In this document: in pieces, positions 8,499 to 18,300 of the stretch
Numbering within the stretch: position 1 is the stretch's first letter
Layout of the letters: every line of letters begins with the position of its first letter
Source of the DNA: Pirellulales bacterium
GTDB taxonomy: Bacteria > Planctomycetota > Planctomycetia > Pirellulales > JAICIG01
Assembly: GCA_035532215.1 (NCBI GenBank)
Contig: DATKRK010000356.1
Span: 1,682-65,681 of the forward strand
Reading direction: 5' to 3'
Length of the DNA: 64,000 nucleotides
Program-made: the position numbers and the translations under genes
Notes under the pieces: model-generated
Told to the model about the DNA's origin: nothing
The model's database searches: none
What the model saw: the letters and a program-made list of their open reading frames with translations, nothing else

Positions 8499-9638
8499 AT
8501 GGCCAAAAAATCACGCTCGACCGACAAAACAACCGCGGCGCCCAGCGCCCGCGATAAGAAAACGCTCAACGACTTGCGAGAACTCGCCGACGGCGTCGTC
8601 ACGGCGGCCGAACGCAAGAAGGAGCCGCATCTCGATATTCCGGCCCGGGCGCTGTCGAACGTCAAATACAACAAGACCAAGCGGTTCATCGAGATGGGCT
8701 CGAACAAGAACCGCCGGCAGTTGTTCAACGTCTCGCAGGCCAAGGCCTATATGCAAACGCTGCTGGTGGCCAGCGGCTGCAAAAAGCTGATCGATCAGCA
8801 AAAATCGACCAGCATCCGAGGTCTGTATTACCTGCTCAAGCACACGATCGAAGGCGCGAAGGAAGAAACGTTCGCCGATCAGGACGAGTGCGATCCGGTG
8901 ATCGAAGACGTCGAAGTGACGCTCGGCAGTCTGCGCGAAGAGCTGCACGTCTTCGCTTCGAACCGCGGCAACCTGGTCGGGCCGCTCACGCTGGTCGACA
9001 GCGGCGACGAGATCGATTGCATGCGGATGGGCTCGGCCGGCTACAGCATCCCGTCGATCGTCGAGCCGGACGTGATCCAATTCCGCAAGTGCGACGCCAA
9101 GTTCATCCTGCACGTCGAAAAGGACACGGTCTGGCGCCGCTTCAACGAAGACAAGTTCTGGCGCGAGCACAACTGCCTGCTGACGCACGGCGCCGGGCAG
9201 CCGCCGCGCGGGGTGCGGCGGCTATTGCACCGGATGCACAACGAGCTGAAGCTGCCGGTCTATTGCCTGCTCGACAACGATCCCTGGGGGTACTACATCT
9301 ACAGCGTGCTCAAGCAGGGTTCGATCAACCTGGCCTTCGAAAGCACGCGGATGGCAATCCCCGACGCCAAATACTTGGGCCTGCGTTCGATCGACTTCGA
9401 ACGCTGCAAGCTTTCCAACAGCGTCAAGATTCAGCTCAACGACACCGACGTGAAACGGGCCAAGCAGATCGCCGGCTATCCCTGGTTCGCCCATCACAAG
9501 GGCTGGCAGAAAGAAATCGAGCGGATGATCGCCAACGGCTTCAAGCTCGAAGTCGAATCGCTGGTCAGCAAGGACATCAGCTATGTCACCGAGGAGTACG
9601 TGCCCGAGCGGCTGAGGCTGAGGGACTGGCTGGATTGA
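8499..9638 (+). CDS. top6A: DNA topoisomerase VI subunit A (Spo11-like, type IIB topoisomerase)
   Basis: 379 aa. It has the catalytic-Tyr region (STSIRGLYYLLKH) and Toprim motifs (FILHVEKDTVW, THGAGQPPRGVRRLL, CLLDNDPWGYYIY). Confidence 0.92.
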   Translation: MAKKSRSTDKTTAAPSARDKKTLNDLRELADGVVTAAERKKEPHLDIPARALSNVKYNKTKRFIEMGSNKNRRQLFNVSQAKAYMQTLLVASGCKKLIDQQKSTSIRGLYYLLKHTIEGAKEETFADQDECDPVIEDVEVTLGSLREELHVFASNRGNLVGPLTLVDSGDEIDCMRMGSAGYSIPSIVEPDVIQFRKCDAKFILHVEKDTVWRRFNEDKFWREHNCLLTHGAGQPPRGVRRLLHRMHNELKLPVYCLLDNDPWGYYIYSVLKQGSINLAFESTRMAIPDAKYLGLRSIDFERCKLSNSVKIQLNDTDVKRAKQIAGYPWFAHHKGWQKEIERMIANGFKLEVESLVSKDISYVTEEYVPERLRLRDWLD

Positions 9639-9643
9639 GCGCG

Positions 9644-9681
9644 GAGGTCGGAAAAAAAACAGGGCTTCCGACCCCACCTCC
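9644..9681 (+). terminator. Hairpin after top6A (possible intrinsic terminator; no clear U-tract)
   Basis: GTCGGAA (9647-9653) pairs with TTCCGAC (9666-9672). Outer GGAG/CTCC pairing is also possible. Confidence 0.35.
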
Positions 9682-9692
9682 GGCTGACGCCA

Positions 9693-9930
9693 GTGGCGGA
9701 ACTACCTCGCGACCGCCTTTGGACGGCCAACGACGATGCGAGACATCTTTCGCCCTGGATCGGCTTGCCAGGCTACCGCGTTAGCGTCGGCATGACGCGG
9801 CATTGGCATTTTCTTAGCGCACTCGCGTGGGTCGTCAATGGCGCCCTCTTCGTGATCCTGTTGTTCTCCACGAGCCATTGGAAACGGCTTGTGCCCCAAT
9901 CATGGCAGATCGTACCCGACGCCTGGGCGG
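9693..9930 (+). pseudogene. N-terminal fragment of a cytochrome b561/PhsC-like membrane cytochrome b
   Basis: SPWIGLPGYRVSVGMTRHWHFLSALAWVVNGALFVILLFSTSHWKRLVP matches the first heme-ligand helix region of the cytochrome b family. Homology stops after about 80 aa, where the reading frame runs into the aceE fragment. Confidence 0.5.
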
Positions 9931-9942
9931 TCTTCGTACACA

Positions 9943-10470
9943 TTGAATCTCGGCGCTGTCGTCCGCCGGGCGATAAAAGGGCGCCTGCGAGACGGCGTCG
10001 TCCGGGATCGGAATGCCGAAGCGGCTGCGGAACTCGCGATATTCTTGTTCATTGAGCTGCTTCTGCTGGTAGGCGACGTTGCGGCCTTCTCCCGCCTCGC
10101 CAAGGCCATAACCCTTGATCGTGTGGGCCAGAACGACGGTAGGTTGCCCGACCGTCTCGACGGCTGCTTTGTACGCGGCGTAGACTTTCGCCGGGTCGTG
10201 TCCGCCGCGGAGCAGGCCGTGAAGTTCGTCGTCGGAAAGATGAGCGACCAGCTCGAGCAGTTCTGGATAGCCGCCGAAAAAATGCTCGCGCATGTAGGCG
10301 CCCGGCGAGACGCTGTACTTCTGAAATTCGCCATCGACGACTTCGCCCATCCGCTGGACGAGCAAGCCCGATTCGCCTTTGCCCCGGAAGAAGTGGTTCA
10401 ACCCGACTTCGAACAACGTTGCGGTCGAAGCATAGGTGGAGATGTGCCCGCCGAGTCCATGATGGCCGTG
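9943..10470 (-). pseudogene. aceE: Pyruvate dehydrogenase E1 (AceE-type) remnant, truncated at both ends with an internal deletion
   Basis: Reverse translation gives DHGHHGLGGHISTYASTATLFEVGLNHFFRGKGESG, joined directly to LLVQRMGEVVDGEFQKYSVSPGAYMREHFFGGYPEL...RGGHDPAKVYAAYKAA...VVLAHTIKGYGLGEAGEGRNVAYQQKQL. In E. coli AceE these two blocks are separated by well over 100 residues. There is no start, and the fragment begins right after the DUF488 stop. Confidence 0.7.
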
Positions 10471-10471
10471 G

Positions 10472-10864
10472 TCAGCGCTTGGCGCGAGCTTCTCGACGCC
10501 CGCCGGCGCGAGGTTGAGGCTTGCCTTGTTTGAGAAACTCCACGAGCGCCAGCGCGCCGCTGTGTTCCTGGTCGCGGGCCGCGTAGACGAGCGTGACTTT
10601 GCCTCCGCGCTCCTTGGCGCGCAGTTCGTCGACCGCTTGGCGATTCGATCGCAACTCTGCCCAGTAGCGCCGGCGGAACTCGTCCCAGCGAGCCGGATCG
10701 TGGCCGTACCATTTTCGCAACTCGCTGCTGGGCGCCACGTCTTTGAGCCAGGCGTCGATCGCCGCTCGCGATTTACTCACGCCGCGCGGCCAGAGCCGTT
10801 CGACCAACACGCGACAGCCGTCCGCCGGCGAAGCGGGTTCGTAAGCGCGTTTGAGTTGAAACAT
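10472..10864 (-). CDS. DUF488 family protein (YeaO-like)
   Basis: MFQLKRAYEPASPADGCRVLVERLWPRGVSK...DAWLKDVAPSSELRKWYGHDPARWDEFRRRYWAEL is typical DUF488. The start is the internal ATG (10864) of ORF 10472..10903. Confidence 0.85.
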   Translation of the reverse strand: MFQLKRAYEPASPADGCRVLVERLWPRGVSKSRAAIDAWLKDVAPSSELRKWYGHDPARWDEFRRRYWAELRSNRQAVDELRAKERGGKVTLVYAARDQEHSGALALVEFLKQGKPQPRAGGRREARAKR

Positions 10865-10868
10865 GCTC

Positions 10869-11195
10869 TCACCCCAGCAAGATCGTGACCAAAATGGAAG
10901 CATCCTCGATGCCGCGCAGCGCGTGCGTCGCGCCGCCCGCCAAGTACAGCATCTCTCCTTGAGTCAGTTCGCGCTCGGCGCCGTCCGCGTCGAAAGCGAT
11001 ACGGCCTTCCAGGCACTGCACGGTGATTTCTCCCTCCACTCGGTGTGGGGGCAATTGCTTGCCGGCCGGAATGACGATGCGGATCACTTCCAGCGCGTCG
11101 GTTTTCACCACGACAGCGGTTTTCGACCCTTTCAACTTCGCGCCCAACGGCCGAATGTCGATGATCTCCGTAGGGGCGGCATGATGGATAGCCAT
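10869..11195 (-). CDS. Cupin domain protein
   Basis: 108 aa. Cupin motifs are IPAGKQLPPHRVEGEITVQCLEGRIAF and MLYLAGGATHAL. The stop lies 4 nt before the DUF488 start. Confidence 0.85.
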   Translation of the reverse strand: MAIHHAAPTEIIDIRPLGAKLKGSKTAVVVKTDALEVIRIVIPAGKQLPPHRVEGEITVQCLEGRIAFDADGAERELTQGEMLYLAGGATHALRGIEDASILVTILLG

Positions 11196-11479
11196 GATGT
11201 GTTCCTCCTTTAAAGCAGATGATTAAATCCTATTGCATCAAAAAGTGCCGGGCGCAACTCATCTGGCCTCGCAAGAACGATGCCTGGGCGGATAATTGCA
11301 CCGAGTCGACATCTCAATCTCCCGCCAGCCCAGTGGTGCTGGTCCAACTCGGCGATAGATGCTGGTCGTGCGAGACCGATACCCAGATTGGGGCGCCTGA
11401 GGCGCCGCAATAATGCAGTTCTTTATCGGCTGGACCAGCCAGTACCTCTGCATAGGCAGGGGCGCGCGATAAATCTCGA

Positions 11480-11950
11480 TGCCCATGAATCAGGCAATCC
11501 AATCGCTCTCGCGGACGCTCACAGCGGCGGCTTATTGTGCCTGCTCCTGGCAAGTTGCTGTCGCCCCGAATCCTTGGCTGGCGAAATTATGGTTCTTAGA
11601 TTCCAAGCAAACAGGTCGGTAGTCGCACTTCGCGTGCCACAGTGCAAAGCTGGAAGCGGCGAACCTTAGCTGTATCGTTTTATAGGCGATGGTGAATGGG
11701 CGCATGAAATCCGCTCGCTGAGTGCGTCTTGGCACGGTTTTGCGCCGCGTCCAATTCCGCTTAAGAGCCGTCCGCCGCGCAACTGCTGGCCGACGGCTAC
11801 GACATTCCCACCCACGAGCAACTCCTGGGCCACAAGAACGTTCCACGGCGATGATTTACACCCATGTCCCAAACCGAGGCGGATGCGGAAACCGCAATCG
11901 CGCCGACAGAAGGGCTCCTGACCCCGACTGGGGACCAACTCCGACGTACC
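11480..11950 (+). pseudogene. Degraded tyrosine recombinase (XerC/D- or integron-integrase-like) remnant
   Basis: Three frames carry pieces of the C-terminal catalytic region. These are NPWLAKLWFLDSKQTGR*SHFACHSAKLEAA, then SAAQLLADGYDIPTHEQLLGHKNV, then after a frameshift STAMIYTHVPNRGG. Compare the IntI/Xer consensus HSFAT.LL..GYDIRT.QELLGH....TTMIYTHV. Stops and frameshifts interrupt it. Confidence 0.55.
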
Positions 11951-12074
11951 CAGGCATTGCTTGAGGAGGCTCACGGAATCGCCGTTCGGCGGCAAGAACG
12001 CAAGGAAAAGGCAAAGCAGCCAGAAGATGCAACAAGCCGCAAGTCGGGCGAAGCTCCACCGTTCTTTGCCAGCT

Positions 12075-13463
12075 TCAGGACGCTGCCACGACCGCTTGGT
12101 CCTCGATGCTCTCGAGTTCCCCTTCCACGTCCAACTCGGCGGGCGAGCGTTCGGCGATCTCGCGAATCTCGTCTTCGCTGGCCAGAAAGGCCGCGACGAC
12201 TTCGGGGTCGAATTGGCTGCCCGAGCCGGCGAGAATGATCGACTTCGCCTCGAAATGGCTCAACGCCGGCTTGTAAACGCGTTTGGACGTCAGCGCGTCG
12301 TAAACGTCGGCCAAGGCGACGATCCTGGCTGCCAGCGGGATATCATCTTCTTTCAAGCCGTGCGGGTAACCGCGTCCGTTGAAATGCTCGTGGTGCGAGT
12401 AGGCGATGGTCTTGGCCATTTCCAGGAAGTCGTCTTCGCCCAGCCGCCGGGCGATCGCCGTCAGGCAGTCGCCGCCGATTTCGGCGTGCCGCTGCATGAT
12501 CTGCCGTTCATCCTGGGTCAAAGGGCCGGGTTTGAGCAGAATCGAGTCGGGAATGCCGACCTTGCCGATGTCGTGCAGCGAAGAGGCCAGGCCCAGATTG
12601 GCGATGTAGGCAGGCATGATTTCGGGGTGGGTTTGCGCCAACTTGCCAACCAACAGCGTGACGTACGAGCGGATGCGCTCCAGATGGGCGCCCGTTTCGT
12701 TGTCGCGGGATTCGGCCAGCTTGGCCAGGCCGAAGATCACCGCATTGCGCGTCTTCATCAGGGCCTGCGTGCGCTTGTCGACCAATTGCTTGAGCAACAA
12801 GTTGACGTTGGCCACTTTGTTTTCGTAACGATACGCGATCAGCCCCGCCAGCGAGGCCGAGACCAAGACCATCATCGTCGCGGCCCAGGCCCCGATGCTC
12901 TGGACGGGATCGACGATGCTCGCAATTTCGGCTTCGACGCGGTGCGCATGCTGATGCGCGACGACCTTGGCGCCCAACGGCGGCAGATCGTAAACTGCGA
13001 CCAGGTGCGTGCCGTCGGGCATTTGCAGCCAGCCGCTGGCCCCGCTGCTAGCGTCGACTTCGACAATCGGCTTCCTGCCGGTTCCGTTGACCATGGGGGA
13101 CAGTCCGAGCCGCTGCCGGCCGAGCGCTGTGTTCTTGCGCAAATCGGGGTGGCAGAGCACCAACCCGGTCTCTCCGTCGATGACGTTCACGTAGCCATCG
13201 TTCGGCAGACGAATCTCTTCGACCGCCGTTTGCAACCGTTGCCAACCGTCGGAGCCGGGCTGCAACGTGTCGAGCTTCATGTGGCCGATCAGCGTGGCCA
13301 TCTGCCGGGCCAATAATTGGTTGTCGGCCAGCACCTGTTGGCGCAGCGTCGCCATCATGTTTCCGCGCAGCCAGCCGCTAAACCAGGCAACGCCGGGAAA
13401 CAAGCATGCCGCCTGGCTAGCCACCAGCAACAGGATCAGCAGCCAACGTTTGCTGATTCTCAT
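12075..13463 (-). CDS. HD-GYP domain cyclic-di-GMP phosphodiesterase with N-terminal TM/periplasmic sensor domain
   Basis: HD-GYP motifs are LHDIGKVGIPDSILLKPGPLTQDE, AYSHHEHFNGRGYPHGL and ALADVYDALTSKRVYK. An N-terminal TM helix, an extracytoplasmic segment of about 170 aa and a second TM precede them. Confidence 0.9.
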   Translation of the reverse strand: MRISKRWLLILLLVASQAACLFPGVAWFSGWLRGNMMATLRQQVLADNQLLARQMATLIGHMKLDTLQPGSDGWQRLQTAVEEIRLPNDGYVNVIDGETGLVLCHPDLRKNTALGRQRLGLSPMVNGTGRKPIVEVDASSGASGWLQMPDGTHLVAVYDLPPLGAKVVAHQHAHRVEAEIASIVDPVQSIGAWAATMMVLVSASLAGLIAYRYENKVANVNLLLKQLVDKRTQALMKTRNAVIFGLAKLAESRDNETGAHLERIRSYVTLLVGKLAQTHPEIMPAYIANLGLASSLHDIGKVGIPDSILLKPGPLTQDERQIMQRHAEIGGDCLTAIARRLGEDDFLEMAKTIAYSHHEHFNGRGYPHGLKEDDIPLAARIVALADVYDALTSKRVYKPALSHFEAKSIILAGSGSQFDPEVVAAFLASEDEIREIAERSPAELDVEGELESIEDQAVVAAS

Positions 13464-13651
13464 ACGAAGCGAGATTCCCAGCCGATTTCGCGCCCCCGTG
13501 AGCCCGCCACAACGCCGCGCCCAAGCACACCGCCATCCCCCTTATCAACTAACTTTAGTTCACGACGGGAGTAAGCGCGCTCCGTCGCGGCGAAATTGCA
13601 CCGGCCGCTTTGTAGGGATTCGAGGGACCGAATGGATAAAACAGGCGCAAC

Positions 13652-14134
13652 CTAATGCGCCGCGGAGTGTACTAATGGCCTGATGAAGATCCGCTCGACT
13701 TGGTGCTGGCGATAATCGAAAATCTTGTCCAGCGTGCGGCGGACGAACAGAGAATGGGCCAGCGCGCCGAGCGGTCCCAGAGGCATCTCGTAATCGACGC
13801 GATCAATCATCTGCGTGCCGCCCGGGACGTCGCCAAACTCGTGCAGGTGTCGCCAGCGGCGATAGGGACCGCGAATCTGCACGTCGACGAACTGCTTGCC
13901 CGGCTCGAACGATTCGATCAGCGACTGCCAGTGCAAGGGAATGCCGAACAGCCTCAGTCGGTAATCGACCCGCATTCCCTCGTGCATGGCGGTCGAGCCG
14001 GCGTTGAGCACGTGAAAGTGCAGGAACTCGGGCGTGATCCGTTGCAGGTTTCTGGCGTCGGAAAAAAACGCGAACACTGCGTCGCGAGACCGCGGCACGA
14101 ATTGCTTCCGCTCGAGACGATAGCTGCGGTTCAT
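13652..14134 (-). CDS. SRPBCC (START/polyketide-cyclase-like) family protein
   Basis: Internal ATG (MNRSYRLERKQFVPRSRDAVFAFFSDARNLQRITPEF...) of ORF 13652..14653. It has a 4-nt ATGA overlap with the upstream epimerase gene, the usual partner arrangement. Confidence 0.85.
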   Translation of the reverse strand: MNRSYRLERKQFVPRSRDAVFAFFSDARNLQRITPEFLHFHVLNAGSTAMHEGMRVDYRLRLFGIPLHWQSLIESFEPGKQFVDVQIRGPYRRWRHLHEFGDVPGGTQMIDRVDYEMPLGPLGALAHSLFVRRTLDKIFDYRQHQVERIFIRPLVHSAAH

Positions 14135-15081
14135 CGAGACCCGGCCGGTTCGGGTTGCGGGCGTTCGACGGGGGCCGTCGGCGGCTGTTCGAGGATGGCC
14201 CGCAAAGCGCCGCCCAACTCGGGATATCGATAGTGGTATCCGGTTTGTTCTGCGACGTGCGGAACGACGCGCTGTGAAGCCAATAACACCTCGGCGAACT
14301 CGCCGATGGCTAGCTTCAACAGCAGCCCCGGCGCCGGCAGAAATGCCGGCCGGTGCAGGGCAGCCGCCAAGGTGCGCGTGAATTCGCGATTGGTCACGGG
14401 GTTCGGCGCCACGGCGTTCAGCGGGCCGCTCAGTTCCGAATGGCTTGCGGCGTGCAGGAACAAGCCGGTCAGATCGTCGAGGTGAATCCAGGGCATCCAT
14501 TGATTGCCGCTGGCCAGCCGACCGCCCAGCCCCAGCTTGAACGGCAGCAGCATCTTGGCCAAGGCCCCGCCGCCGCGGCCGAGCACGATGCCGATGCGCG
14601 GATTGACGACGCGGATGCCAAGCGAGGCCGCTTGTTGGGCCGCTTGTTCCCACTCAAGGCAAACCTGCGCCAGAAAGTCGCCGGCCGGCGCCGCCCGCTC
14701 GTCGAGGGTTTCCTCGCCTCGGTCGCCGTAATAGCCGACTGCTGAAGCTGAAACCAATACGGCTGGGCGTTCGGAAAGTTGTTCCAACCCCTTCACCAAG
14801 TTCGCCGTACCAACTCGGCGGCTGTCCATGATTCGCCGCTTCTTGTCGGCCGTCCAGCGTCCTTCGGCGACCGGTTCGCCCGCCAGATGAAACACCGCTT
14901 CGACTCCCAGAATCGCCTCGGCCGGCGGCGGGCCGGACATCGGATCCCAGGCATGAGCTTCTGCCCCGGCAATCTGCCGCCGGGCGCGCTCGGGATTGCG
15001 CGACAGCACGACCGGCTCGTCGATCTGCTGTAATAATCGCTGGCCGATAAAGCCGGTAGCGCCGGTGATTAAGGCTCGCAT
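14131..15081 (-). CDS. TIGR01777-family NAD-dependent epimerase/dehydratase (YfcH-like, DUF1731 C-terminus)
   Basis: Motifs are MRALITGATGFIGQRL (Rossmann), VSASAVGYYG, and WIHLDDL...GPLNAVAPNPVTNREFT. Confidence 0.9.
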   Translation of the reverse strand: MRALITGATGFIGQRLLQQIDEPVVLSRNPERARRQIAGAEAHAWDPMSGPPPAEAILGVEAVFHLAGEPVAEGRWTADKKRRIMDSRRVGTANLVKGLEQLSERPAVLVSASAVGYYGDRGEETLDERAAPAGDFLAQVCLEWEQAAQQAASLGIRVVNPRIGIVLGRGGGALAKMLLPFKLGLGGRLASGNQWMPWIHLDDLTGLFLHAASHSELSGPLNAVAPNPVTNREFTRTLAAALHRPAFLPAPGLLLKLAIGEFAEVLLASQRVVPHVAEQTGYHYRYPELGGALRAILEQPPTAPVERPQPEPAGSR

Positions 15082-15283
15082 GACGGTACCTCGTGAGTGC
15101 GGTTGAGGCTGATTGCGGCCGCCCTCAGTATCTTATTGCGTTTTGTCTTGTTTGGGGATCCGCCGCCTGGGGCGTTCGTGCGGTCGAAGAGTCGGGGAGC
15201 GCAAAAGCTTACGCCAAGCTGTCGTGCGATTGCGTTTTTTGCAACACCCCCGGGGGCCGCCTACGGGCCTCTCCGGCTCGAAA

Positions 15284-15313
15284 TTGCGTGCCCCTTCGTT
15301 TCCAGGCTACAAT
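15284..15313 (+). promoter_or_regulatory. Possible sigma-70-type promoter for the 15362 gene
   Basis: TTGCGT (15284-15289), an 18-nt spacer, then TACAAT (15308-15313), about 48 nt before the ATG. Confidence 0.35.
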
Positions 15314-15361
15314 AGCGGCTTCCCTACCTGCCTAACCGCTCTTTCCTGCTGGGATTAACGT

Positions 15362-18300
15362 ATGCCGTCTCGATCTTTCCTCCCCTGTTTGCTGGCCTTC
15401 GGTTTTTGGGCGGTCTTGGGGCTTCCGGCCCAGGCCAAAAAATCGCCCGAAGAGGAACTGAAAAGCTTGAAAGTTCCGCAGGGGATCGAGATTTCGCTCT
15501 TCGCCAGCGAGCCGCTGATCACCAACCCTGCGGCAATTGACGTCGATACGCACGGCCGCGTGTGGGTCGCCGAGATTCAGAATTATCGCAAGGCCAAGGA
15601 GCCGACCGAGAAGATCAAGGTGCTGGAAGACACCGACGGCGACGGCAAGGCCGATAAGGTCACCGTGTTCGCCGACGACCTGTTCGCCCCGATGAGCATC
15701 TGCGTGGCCGGCGACAAGGTTTACGTCGCCACCAGTCCCGATTTGTGGGTTTATGAAGACAAGAACGGGGACTTGAAGGCCGACGGCCCGCCGAAGAAAC
15801 TACTGACCGGCTTCGGCGGCAAAAATCACGACCACGGCGCCCATAGCTTGGTGCTTGGGCCGGACCATAAATGGTGGATGAGCCACGGCGATACCGGCTT
15901 TGACGTGACCGGCACGGACGGCTCGCAGATCAAGTTCCGCTGGGGCGCGGTGCTCCGCGGCGAGCTCGACGGCGGCAAGCTGGAGACGGCGGCGGTCAAC
16001 TTCCGCAACCCGTATGAAGTTTGCGTCAGTTCGTTCGGCGAGCCGTATTGCAGCGACAACGACAACGACGGCAACTTCAGCGTCCGCATTTGCTGGATCA
16101 TGGAAGGCGGCGACTACGGCTGGTTCGGCGGCCCGCCGCCGAAAGTTCCGCCCGGCACGCCGTTCGGCGAGCATTGGCACTTCCGCGGGCACATCCCCGG
16201 CTATGTGCCGGCGACGCTGGTGACCGGCTTCGGCTCGCCCTGCGGCATCTGTTATTACGAAGGGGACGCCTTCGGCGCGGCGTTCAAGAACATGCCGCTG
16301 CACGCCGATGCCGGCCCGCGCGAAGTGCGGATGTACCCGCACCAAAATGCCGGCTACGGACAGAAAGCCGCCAGCCGGGTCTGGATCTCGAGTAAGGACG
16401 ACAACTATTTCCGGCCCGACGATATTTGTGCGGCGCCCGATGGCAGCCTGTTCGTCTCCGACTGGTACGACGGGGGCGTGGGCGGTCACGCTTACAACAA
16501 TCCCGATCAAGGCCGCATCTTCCTCGTCCGGCCGAGCGGCAAGAAGCTCGCTCGAGTCGGCAAGCCGGGGCCTTATGCAAACACTGCCGACGCCATCGAG
16601 GGGCTGAAGAGCCCGAACCTGGCGACGCAGTATCTGGCTCGCGAGCGTCTGTTGGCTGAAGGCCAGGCGAGCGTGCGGGCCTTGAAGGCGTTGCTGATGG
16701 CCGAGGATCCCAATTTTGGCGCCCGGGCGATGTGGGTGCTCGACCGCATCGGCGGCGAGGCACGGAAGTTGGTCGTCGAAGCGCTCAAGAGCCCCGACGC
16801 GGCGTTTCGCGCCTTGGCCGTGCGGATTCTGCGGCGGCACGGCGCCGAGCATGGCGAAGCCTTGCTGGCGATGGCCGACGACGCTTCGCCCGAGGTCCGC
16901 CGCGAAGTGCTGTTGGCCTTGCCCAAGCTCGCCGGTTCGCAGGCCGAAGGCGTGCTCGTCAAACTGGCCTCGACCTACGACGGCTCGGACCGTTATCAGC
17001 TCGAAGCGATCAACATCGCCGCCGGCGAGCGAAAGGCGGAGTTATATGCCGACTTGGAAAAAGCGGGCCGGCTTTCGATCGACAAAATCCAACTGATGCA
17101 AGTCTTGAACCCCAAGGCTGCGGCGGAGTTCGTCGTCAAGAGTCTCTCGGCGCCAAGCGTGGACGACGCGCAGCGAATCAGATTGCTCACGCATCTGGCA
17201 GGAATCCCTTCCGTTGAGGCTGCGCAGGCCGTGCTCAAGCTGGCGGCGGACGGTAAAGCCAACGACGAGATTCGTCAGTTGGCGCTCAAGATGCTCTCTG
17301 CGAACCTGGCCGGCGCCTGGAAAGATCTTAAGGGCCATCCCGAGTTGGCGGCCGGCATCAAAACCTTGTTAGGCGACAACAGCATGCAGAGGGCTGCGCT
17401 GGCGGCGATCGGCGAGAACCAACTCGGCAACCTCGGCCAGGAAGTGTTGGCGTTGGCTACGTCGGATAAAAATGCCTCGGCGGCTCGCCGCAAGGCGATC
17501 GAGATCGCGGCGCAATTGCGTTTCGGCGGCGCGGCGGCGGCGCTCGAAAAGTTGTCTTCCGACCCGAACGCCGAAGTGCGCAAAGCGGCCGTCGCGGGAC
17601 TCGTCGATCTGCAAGACTGGCCGGCGATCAAGAAACTGCTGGCCCAAGACGCCGTGCCGCCCGACGTGCAAAGCGACGTGGTCAGCCGCTCGATGGCCAC
17701 GAGCGCCGGCGCGCTGGTGCTGCTCAAGGCGATCGACGACAAATCGCTGGCGGAGCCGCTGACGAAAGCGGCGATCGCCCTGGCGACCAAACATCCCGAC
17801 TCGAACGTCCGCGTGCTCTACGAAAAGTTCATTCCCGAAGCTGAACGCCCGCAACGGCTGGGCGAGGCGATCAAGCCGGCCGAGTTGCTGGCGATGAAGG
17901 CCGACGAAAAGCGCGGCGAGCAGATCTTTTTTCGAAGCTCGGCGGCCCAGTGCAAGAACTGCCACCGCGTGCGCGGCAATGGCAATACGGTCGGCCCCGA
18001 CCTGAGCCAGATCGGCAAGAAGTACGAACGCGGCACGCTGCTCGAGACGATCCTCGATCCGTCGAAAGCCATCGCGCCGGAATATGTCCCGTACTTGCTC
18101 GAAACCGAGAGCGGGCAGGTTTACGTCGGCTACGTGGCCGAGAAGACCGACGAGCGAGTCGTGCTCAAAGACGCCCAGGGCAAGCTCGTCAGCGTGGCGG
18201 CAGCCGAAATCGAAACGCTCGAACCGCAGCAGAAATCGCTGATGCCCGAGTTGGTGCTGCGCGACGTAACGGCCCAGGACGCCGCCGACTTGCTGGCGTT

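Noticed and set aside
10472-11950. Integron-like layout (integrase remnant on +, small cupin and DUF488 genes divergent on -)
   Set aside because: No attI or attC-like sites (RYYYAAC...GTTRRRY with imperfect stems) were found. The two small genes are only 4 nt apart, and the DUF488 stop abuts aceE-derived sequence. The integron idea is unsupported by sequence.
13652-14653. Long N-terminal extension of the SRPBCC ORF (333 aa), and similar extensions of ORFs 18637..19332, 19357..21051, 27978..28709, 31555..33360 and 32439..33698
   Set aside because: The extensions overlap upstream genes or repeats and lack coding character. Internal ATGs give canonical N-termini (signal peptides, lipoboxes, family starts) and operon-style overlaps.
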